Under the pieces are notes generated by a model. That model was not told the origin of the DNA and did not search any database. It saw nothing but the letters and a program-made list of their open reading frames with translations. Of a stretch of DNA of 64,000 nt, positions 45,963 to 52,525 are shown in pieces; within the stretch, counting starts at the first letter, position 1; every line of letters starts with the position of its first letter. The DNA comes from Myxococcales bacterium. GTDB taxonomy: Bacteria; Myxococcota; Myxococcia; Myxococcales; 40CM-4-68-19. The position numbers and the translations under genes are program-made. Location of the stretch: contig DATFTN010000197.1 of NCBI GenBank assembly GCA_035261845.1, forward strand, positions 17,923 through 81,922, in the 5' to 3' direction.

Positions 45963-47999
45963 CTAGCCCGTCGTTCCCGGCGCGAACAAACCCTTGAACG
46001 CACGCGTGCTGCTGACGCCGTTGGCGTTGGTGACCGTCACGGGCACCTGGAAGGATTTCGACCCGAACTGGTCAGGGCCCGGAGCGCAACCGGTTCCCGT
46101 GGTGCTCGCTGGTGCGGTGGGCTTGGCCGTCGTGTTCTGGACCACCAGGATGCCCCCGCCGCCCGCGCTGAAGAAGTGGAAGGCGAGCCTCTCGACGCAC
46201 GCCGCGCCATTGGCGATGTCGCACGCTTTCGTGTTCACCAGGGCCGAGACGCGCACCCAGTCGAAGTCCATCGACCCGAAGGTCTCGAGGGGCGTTCCGG
46301 GAAGGCTCAGGCCGGTCGTGGTCAGCGCACTCGACGAAGGGTTCCCGATGGAGGTCGAGAATCCGGCAGACGGCGTGTTCAACCAGCGATCGGAGACGAA
46401 GATGGGTGCCGTGACGGTCGAGCTGTGGTTCGCCACGAAGGCATCCTTGTAGTCCGCGCAGGCCGGCGCCGCGGCCCCTGTGAAGTCGCTGGCCGGTTCC
46501 GCCACGCCGGCCGGCGCCGTCCTGGCCGAGCCGGGCCCGGTGAAGACCACCCAGGTGGGCTTCCAGATGACCGTGTCCGCGTCCCACACGCCGTTGGGGC
46601 CGTGGTACGTAGAGCAGTCCGCGTTCAGCCCGCAGAACCGCACCTCTGCGAGGCCGCCGCTGAGCGTCGCGTCATAGGCGTTGTTGTCGTTCGCGTCGAC
46701 GAAGGGGTCGCCCTGGTCGATGAAGACCTCGCCAGGATCGAGAAGGCCGTTGTGGTTGGCGTCCTCGAACGCCTCCTCGCCACGGGTCATCGCGATGATC
46801 GTCACCAGCTGGTCGCGCGGGTTCAGAGTCAGCTGCCCGTCCGTCGTCGACGGTTCGGGATTGGCCAGGTCCCACGGGAACTGTCCGGCGGTCACGGCCA
46901 GCGGCGCGACGTCGGCCGGCGAGCTCCCGTTGCCCATGTCGGTGGTGAAAGTCACGGTCGCGGTGCCCTCGGTGGGGTTGTCGGGGGTCTTGGGATCGAA
47001 TCCCTTCGTAGTCACGCTGGCGGCGATCGCGCCCGCCTCGGTCGCGAAGTTCACCACCGTCGGGATTCCGACGCGGTTTCCGAAACGGTCGGTCAGCCGG
47101 ACCGTGCAGGCCGTCTTCTCGTACTCCATCACCGTGGTGTAGACGGGCAGCGAGGCGTTCGCGCAGCGGAAATAGAAGCCGTTCGCCGACGGCTTCGCCC
47201 CGCGCACCGCGACGGGTTGCAACACGAAGGCGCCCGTGGTCGGGATGGTGGCGGTAATGGCGGTGACGCCGACCTCCGCGCCCGACGTGTAGCCCTCCGT
47301 CACCACGCCGTTCAGGTCGCTCACCGCGCTCGTCTTGAGCAGCGTGATGCCGAGCGTCGGCGCCTGGAGGGCGAAGTTCACGGTGATGCCCGGAGCGGGA
47401 ACTCCCAGCGAGTCGGTGACCAGGTACGCGATCGTGCCGCGCTCCTGGATACCGGAACCCTTGAGCCCGAGCACGGGCGGGTTCGAGGCGGTCACGGCGA
47501 TGTTGGTCGGCGGCCCGGGAGGCGTCCCAACGGGTGGGGGAGGCGTGCCGCCGCCGCCTGGAGGAGGAGGCGGGGTGCCGCCGCCCGGCGCGACGTTGCT
47601 CACGGTCAGCGTCAAGGTCTTGCCGGCCGACGACCAGCTGCCGGAGACGAACACGTTCCCCGCGACGCAGCGCGAGTCGACCGCGACGTTGCAGGAGTAG
47701 TTGATCGTCCCGGTGCCGTCGGTCGCGAGGGTCACCGTATTGGCCGGCGCGCCGCCCGAGTCGGTCAGGGTGCCGAAGGGGGCGACGAAGGTGACGGTGC
47801 CCGAGCCGGGAGTGCCGGCCGCGTTCACGGCCCTTGCGAGGATCGACACCGGAGTGCCGTCGTTGCGCACCGATGTGGCCGAGGGCAGGAGCGTCAAGGA
47901 AGCGGTGGGGCCGCTTCCCGCGCTCGAACCGGAGCAGGCGTAGAGCCCTGCCACCGCGGCGGCAACGAGGATGCGAGCTGAGGCACGAAACGAGGTCAC
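45963..47999 (-). CDS. Large lipoprotein with bacterial Ig-like (Big) domains and a Pro/Gly linker
   Basis: Track ORF 45963..48086 trimmed to the GTG at 47999 (VTSFRASARILVAAAVAGLYAC), with GGAGGA upstream. Ig-like segments are Thr/Ser/Gly/Val-rich. The linker reads GGTPPPPPGGGGTPPPPVGTPPGPP. Confidence 0.65.
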   Translation of the reverse strand: MTSFRASARILVAAAVAGLYACSGSSAGSGPTASLTLLPSATSVRNDGTPVSILARAVNAAGTPGSGTVTFVAPFGTLTDSGGAPANTVTLATDGTGTINYSCNVAVDSRCVAGNVFVSGSWSSAGKTLTLTVSNVAPGGGTPPPPPGGGGTPPPPVGTPPGPPTNIAVTASNPPVLGLKGSGIQERGTIAYLVTDSLGVPAPGITVNFALQAPTLGITLLKTSAVSDLNGVVTEGYTSGAEVGVTAITATIPTTGAFVLQPVAVRGAKPSANGFYFRCANASLPVYTTVMEYEKTACTVRLTDRFGNRVGIPTVVNFATEAGAIAASVTTKGFDPKTPDNPTEGTATVTFTTDMGNGSSPADVAPLAVTAGQFPWDLANPEPSTTDGQLTLNPRDQLVTIIAMTRGEEAFEDANHNGLLDPGEVFIDQGDPFVDANDNNAYDATLSGGLAEVRFCGLNADCSTYHGPNGVWDADTVIWKPTWVVFTGPGSARTAPAGVAEPASDFTGAAAPACADYKDAFVANHSSTVTAPIFVSDRWLNTPSAGFSTSIGNPSSSALTTTGLSLPGTPLETFGSMDFDWVRVSALVNTKACDIANGAACVERLAFHFFSAGGGGILVVQNTTAKPTAPASTTGTGCAPGPDQFGSKSFQVPVTVTNANGVSSTRAFKGLFAPGTTG

Positions 48000-48070
48000 T
48001 GGTCCTCCAACCCGGGCAAGTCGCGCGGGAGACGTGGTGTGGGCACATTGGCAAGCGCTCCCGCGGGGGG

Positions 48071-48085
48071 TCAAAAGTTTTGCCA
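48071..48085 (-). promoter_or_regulatory. Weak sigma-54-like element in an AT-rich patch upstream of the Ig-like lipoprotein gene
   Basis: The minus strand reads TGGCAAAACTTTTGA. The -24 TGGCA and the spacing are correct, but the -12 element is TTGA instead of TTGC. It is directly abutted by ATTTGCGAA (plus-strand TTCGCAAAT at 48090-48098). Confidence 0.2.
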
Positions 48086-48143
48086 AACTTTCGCAAATCC
48101 AGATGTAAGTCGCGCCGCGCGAATGTGCGGAACGCGGCGGCGA

Positions 48144-49190
48144 TTACCGAGTCAGGGGTCCCAGTTCGGGATCGTCGGAGACGGCCCCGGTCGGGGCGCC
48201 GGCCTCGAGCGCCCGCTTCAGCCAGTTCAGCGCGCGCTCGCGCTCGCCCGCGCGCAGGTTGGCGCGCGCGGCCACCACCGCCGCGTCGGGAGTCTGCCAG
48301 AGCGTGTAGCTGTGGCCCGCGTGCAGCCCCGCGGCCTGGTAGTCGCCGCGCGAAAGCTCGACTCCGGCGCGGATGCGCAGGCCGGCCGCCTGCCGGTACG
48401 GGCCTTCTCCGTCCTCGAGCGCCCGCGCGGAGGCGAGCGCCGTATCCACGTCGGAGGTGAGGAGCGCGGCGCGGGCGCGGGACAGCTCGCGGTCGACGTC
48501 CTCCCGCTCGGCGTCGCGCACCTGCCCAGCGGCGGGCGGGGGCACCGCGCTTTCCTGCTTCGCCAGCCTGGCGCGAGTGACGTTCTGGAAGGCGAAGAGC
48601 CCGAACCAGATGGCGATGTACGGCTGGCCAAACAGACGCCAGGCGGCGAGCGCGATGCACCCGGCCAGGACGGCCGAGATCCAACTCGCCAGCGCCGCGC
48701 TCGGCTTGCGCCTCACGCCCTCGATCACCGCCTGCAGCACATGCCCGCCGTCGAGCGGGATCACCGGCAGGAGGTTCAGCACGGCCCAGTAGATGCTGGT
48801 CCACTTGAACAGCGACACGATCACGGCGGCGGGCGAGCCAGGGTCGGGCGGCAGCAGGCTGCCCAGCCCCCAAGCGGCGGCGCCCAGGCCCAGGCCGGCC
48901 AAGGGACCCGCTACCGAGAGCACGATCTGTTTCCCCACCGAGGGGCGCTGCGGAAGGCGAGGAAAGGTCACTCCGCCGAATCCCTCGAGGCGGATCTCCG
49001 GCCGCCCGCCATAGGCGAGCGCCACCGCGGCGTGCCCCAGCTCGTGCACGAGCACGCTGACGAAGACGACTCCGATCCAGAGGAGGAGCGTCGCCCAGTC
49101 GTCCATCGAGACGTAGCCGAGCAGCGCCGCCGCGACCAGGAAGGACGGGTAGACGGCGACGGGGAGTGAGCCGAGCCGGAACCGGAGCAC
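48144..49190 (-). CDS. M50-family (site-2 protease type) zinc metalloprotease with a C-terminal TPR-like region
   Basis: Track ORF 48144..49310 trimmed to the GTG at 49190 (VLRFRLGSLPVAVYPSFLV). Motifs seen: HELGH and NLLPVIPLDGGH. Confidence 0.75.
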   Translation of the reverse strand: MLRFRLGSLPVAVYPSFLVAAALLGYVSMDDWATLLLWIGVVFVSVLVHELGHAAVALAYGGRPEIRLEGFGGVTFPRLPQRPSVGKQIVLSVAGPLAGLGLGAAAWGLGSLLPPDPGSPAAVIVSLFKWTSIYWAVLNLLPVIPLDGGHVLQAVIEGVRRKPSAALASWISAVLAGCIALAAWRLFGQPYIAIWFGLFAFQNVTRARLAKQESAVPPPAAGQVRDAEREDVDRELSRARAALLTSDVDTALASARALEDGEGPYRQAAGLRIRAGVELSRGDYQAAGLHAGHSYTLWQTPDAAVVAARANLRAGERERALNWLKRALEAGAPTGAVSDDPELGPLTR

Positions 49191-49308
49191 GCCGGCGTAG
49201 TCTACAGCGCATTGCGTGGCTTGCCGCACGATGGAACGCAGGCGACTTCGCCTTGACCCCGGCCTCCCGCCGCCTGTAGGAACTTCGCTGGAGGTCCAGG
49301 CGCCCGAC

Positions 49309-50670
49309 ATGAAGAGAAAACCAGCCTCGCGCAGGGAGAGCGCCGACCAGCCTTTCCAGTACCCGCTCGAGCGGGCCTACGCCGAGCCCGACTGGACCCG
49401 GCTGCCGGGGTACCGCAAGGTCACGCCGGCGGAGTGGGAGAGCGCGCTCTGGCAGCGGAAGAACACTGTCAAGAACCTGGCCGAGCTGAAGGAAGTGCTG
49501 GGGCGCCTCCTGCCCGACGAGCTGGTGGAGAGCATCGAGCGGGACCAGCGCGAGCGCGCCACCATGTCGCTCTTGATCACCCCGCACATGATCAACACGC
49601 TCGACGAGCGCGATCTGTGGGCGGACCCGCTCCGGCGCTACATGCTGCCCGCGTTCGACGACCGACGGACCGACTGGCCCAGCCACCCGCGCGCTTCCCG
49701 CGACTCGCTGCACGAGGCGGAGATGTGGGTGGTGGAGGGGCTCACGCACCGCTACCCGACCAAGGTTCTGGCGGAGATGCTCTCCACCTGCCCCCAGTAC
49801 TGCGGCCACTGCACGCGGATGGACCTGGTGGGCAACTCGGTGCCGCAAGTGCAAAAGCTGCGTTTTGCGCTGGCGCCGAAGGATCGGTATTCGCAAATGT
49901 TGGAGTATTTGCGAAGCAATCCGTCGGTGCGCGACGTGGTGGTCTCGGGCGGGGACGTGGCCAACCTGCCCATCGAGCAGCTGGAGCAGTTCGTCTCGGC
50001 GCTGCTCGACATCCCCAACATCCGTGACGTCCGGCTGGCCTCGAAGGGCCTGATGGGGATCCCGCAGCACTTCCTGCAGGACAAGATCCTTCAGGCGCTG
50101 GACCGGCTGGCGCGCAAGGCGTTCGAGCGCGGCGTGTCGCTCGCGCTGCATACGCACGTGAACCACGCCAACCAGGTGACGCCGCTGCTGGGCCGCGCGG
50201 CGAAGAAGCTGCTGGAGCTGGGCTTCCGCGACGTCCGCAACCAGGGCGTGCTGCTGCGGGGGGTCAACGACTCGCAAAAGTCGCTCCTGGAGCTGTGCTT
50301 CATGCTCCAGGACCATGCCAACATCCTGCCGTACTACTTCTACATGTGCGACATGATCCCCAACTCGGAGCACTGGCGCACCAGCGTGGCCGAGGCGCAG
50401 GCGCTGCAGCACGACATCATGGGGTACCTGCCCGGATTCGCCACCCCGCGGATCGTCTGCGACGTTCCTTTCGTGGGGAAGCGCTGGGTGCACCAGGTGG
50501 CCGAGTACGACCGGGAGAAGGGCATCTCCTACTGGACCAAGAACTACCGGACCGGCATCGAGGTGAACGACCCGGACGCGCTCGAGCGGCGCTACGAGTA
50601 CTACGACCCGATCTACCTCCTTCCGGAGTCGGGCCAGCGCTGGTGGCGCGAGCAGGCCCGCGCGGCTTAG
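49309..50670 (+). CDS. KamA-family radical SAM aminomutase paralog (lysine 2,3-aminomutase-related, substrate unassigned)
   Basis: Track ORF 49216..50670 trimmed to MKRKPASRRESADQPF. Motifs seen: CPQYCGHCTRMD, SGGDVANL, YMCDMIPNSEHWRT, VCDVPFVGKRW. Confidence 0.8.
   Translation: MKRKPASRRESADQPFQYPLERAYAEPDWTRLPGYRKVTPAEWESALWQRKNTVKNLAELKEVLGRLLPDELVESIERDQRERATMSLLITPHMINTLDERDLWADPLRRYMLPAFDDRRTDWPSHPRASRDSLHEAEMWVVEGLTHRYPTKVLAEMLSTCPQYCGHCTRMDLVGNSVPQVQKLRFALAPKDRYSQMLEYLRSNPSVRDVVVSGGDVANLPIEQLEQFVSALLDIPNIRDVRLASKGLMGIPQHFLQDKILQALDRLARKAFERGVSLALHTHVNHANQVTPLLGRAAKKLLELGFRDVRNQGVLLRGVNDSQKSLLELCFMLQDHANILPYYFYMCDMIPNSEHWRTSVAEAQALQHDIMGYLPGFATPRIVCDVPFVGKRWVHQVAEYDREKGISYWTKNYRTGIEVNDPDALERRYEYYDPIYLLPESGQRWWREQARAA
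49890..49915. repeat. Perfect 9-bp AT-rich inverted repeat TTCGCAAAT-N8-ATTTGCGAA inside the kamA-paralog CDS
   Basis: Read directly at 49890-49898 and 49907-49915. A second hairpin, GCAAAA-N6-TTTTGC, lies at 49851-49868. Both are built from codons that are rare for this genome. Confidence 0.9.
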
Positions 50671-51039
50671 CCGGAATCCACCTCCTCCGGAACGATCACG
50701 TCCACGATCGGTTCGTGATGCGCCTGACGAGCAGCGCCTCGACGATACGTGCCCATTGGTGGCAGACGGCTTCATCCCGCTCGCGCGGCACGCGCCGAGG
50801 AAGGAGCGCGACCACGCCCGCGAGCGCATCCCAGGGGACCGGCACGTTCAGGAGAGCTACTTCCACGAAGCGATCGTAGCAGCCCCGAGAACGCCTGGAA
50901 CGGGGGAAGATACCCCCAGACCTGACATGTACCAGCTGTACAGGGCCGCGGACCGGACCTCTCCCCCGCTGCGCCGGTGATTACACAAGCGGGGCGCACG
51001 CGCGGCCTCAAACTGATCGTGCGCCCGAAGCGCGCCGGG

Positions 51040-51966
51040 TCAGATGTGGTCGAGCAGCGCGAACCCGGCGGAAGAGCCGGCGCGGGGGAGCTTCACCTCG
51101 GGCCGCAGGGCCGCGACCATGGCCAGCGCGGTCGTCCGCGGCTGTGAGCGGAAAACGCCGCGGAGCTGGTGCGCCGGCCACAGGCGCAGGCGCGAGCGGC
51201 CGCTGCGCAGCAGGAAGTCGCGCAGCGCGGCGAACAGCGGCTCGCGCAACGAGGCGGCGGTCCAGCCAGCGTCCAGGACCTCCACCGCCTCGCGCGACAG
51301 GCGCAGCATGGCGGCCGCCTCTGCGCCGTCCCGGCCGATGTGGATTCCCCACTCCGGCTCGCCCATCCCCCGCGCCTTGGCCAGCTCGCGCAGCCGGCGG
51401 AGCTGGAAGGAGAGGACCCAGCCGTCGCGGGCCAGCGCCAGCTCGTCGGCGGCGGTGCGGGCGCGGGCGAAGACGCGCACCAGCACCTCCTCGTCGCGGG
51501 CGACGACGTGCGCGGTGCCGCCGCGCGGCAGCTCGTCCGCCTCGGCGGTGCATTCCTCGCTTTCCAACGCGCGGAACCCCAGCCGCTCGTAGTACTCGCC
51601 GCCGATGTCGCTGAAGAGCACCGCCGCGTCGTAGCCGCGCGAGCGATGCTCGGAGAGGGCGAGCTCGAGCATCCGGCGGGCGTGGCCGCGGCGGCGGAGG
51701 GCGGGCGGGGTGAAGACGGCGCCGATGCCGAACATGCGGAGCGGCGCGCCCGCGTAGCTGCCGCGCAGTTCGTAGCCCTTCATCGCGGAGAGGAGCCGGT
51801 CCCCGTCGAACAGCCCGAGCAGGTGGTACCGTTCTCCCGCTTCGCGCGAGTCGGCGAGCCGGCGCTGGAAGGCGATGAACCTCTCCGGGTTCAGCCCGCC
51901 GCCCCAGATGGGCTGGACCCCGCGGAAGTAGTCGTCGCGCTCGTGTTCGTTGAGCAGGCGGAACAC
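51040..51966 (-). CDS. GNAT-family N-acetyltransferase with C-terminal extension (Eis-like architecture)
   Basis: C-terminal part of shadow ORF 51040..52401. GTG at 51966 gives VFRLLNEHERDDYF; the start is uncertain. GNAT motif A is seen as PALRRRGHARRMLELAL. Confidence 0.65.
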   Translation of the reverse strand: MFRLLNEHERDDYFRGVQPIWGGGLNPERFIAFQRRLADSREAGERYHLLGLFDGDRLLSAMKGYELRGSYAGAPLRMFGIGAVFTPPALRRRGHARRMLELALSEHRSRGYDAAVLFSDIGGEYYERLGFRALESEECTAEADELPRGGTAHVVARDEEVLVRVFARARTAADELALARDGWVLSFQLRRLRELAKARGMGEPEWGIHIGRDGAEAAAMLRLSREAVEVLDAGWTAASLREPLFAALRDFLLRSGRSRLRLWPAHQLRGVFRSQPRTTALAMVAALRPEVKLPRAGSSAGFALLDHI

Positions 51967-52072
51967 GCCGCGCTTCTTAGCACGTCGCCGGGCGGCCGGC
52001 CCTCTCACGCGGACGCTTTCGTCGTCTCCGGGGCAGCTTGATCTCGCCGTCGCGTCGTGTACGTTTGCCGCC

Positions 52073-52525
52073 GTGGAAGGCCTGCCGCAAGTCCGCTTCT
52101 TCTCTCTGCGCGAGGCGAACGCGCTGGTCGCCACTTTGCAAGACCAGTTCGAGCAGGCACGCGAGCTGCGCGACGAGCTCTCGGCGGTCCAGTCCCAGCT
52201 GGCCGACGCGGGGCACCCGCTCACCGAGCCCGACGTGGAGGTGGACAAGACCGCGCCGCCCCCGGTGCAGCGGCTCCAGCGCGCCGCCTCCCGCATCCTG
52301 GACGAGCTGCGCGGCGTCCTCCGCGGCGTCGCCGAGCTGGGCGTCGAAGTGAAGGCCGCCGACGGCCTGGTCGACTTCCGCACCCGCCTCCACGGCCGCA
52401 CCGTCTTGCTCTGCTGGCGCTACGGCGAGGAGCGCATCACCCACTACCACGAACTCGAGACCGGCTTCGCCAGCCGGCGGCCCCTACCGGACGACGGCGA
52501 CTTCATCGGCGACCTGCTGCACTAG
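52073..52525 (+). CDS. DUF2203-family protein
   Basis: Track ORF 51950..52525 trimmed to the GTG at 52073. Sequence: ...RFFSLREANALVATLQDQFEQ...GVEVKAADGLVDFRTRLHGRTVLLCWRYGEERITHYHE. Confidence 0.6.
   Translation: MEGLPQVRFFSLREANALVATLQDQFEQARELRDELSAVQSQLADAGHPLTEPDVEVDKTAPPPVQRLQRAASRILDELRGVLRGVAELGVEVKAADGLVDFRTRLHGRTVLLCWRYGEERITHYHELETGFASRRPLPDDGDFIGDLLH

Noticed and set aside
47515-47590. Repetitive GC-rich stretch that looked like a short tandem repeat.
   Set aside because: It encodes the Pro/Gly linker GGTPPPPPGGGGTPPPPVGTPPGPP of the Ig-like lipoprotein. It is a low-complexity coding sequence, not a repeat array.
46672-50829. Very long ORFs in the track: 1385 aa here, and also 60237..63608, 35988..39461, 39859..43200 (N-terminal part), 20815..23103, 24381..26534, 24629..27136 (front), 7111..9606, 5712..7604, 44844..47981, 58457..59698 and others.
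   Set aside because: All are extremely Arg/Ala/Gly/Pro-rich. All overlap opposite-strand or off-frame genes with clear family signatures. They are the typical stop-poor shadow frames of a high-GC genome.
49309-51966. KamA-2 plus the nearby GNAT as an AblA/AblB (N-epsilon-acetyl-beta-lysine osmolyte) pair.
   Set aside because: The two genes are convergent and separated by 370 nt, not operonic. The GNAT has a long Eis-like C-terminal extension. I cannot show AblB similarity from sequence alone. It is kept only as a caveat under the KamA finding.
52522-52525. Convergent stop codons sharing palindromes: CTAG here, and TGAGCTCA at 2292-2299.
   Set aside because: Curiosities of tight convergent packing. 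There is no evidence of function.
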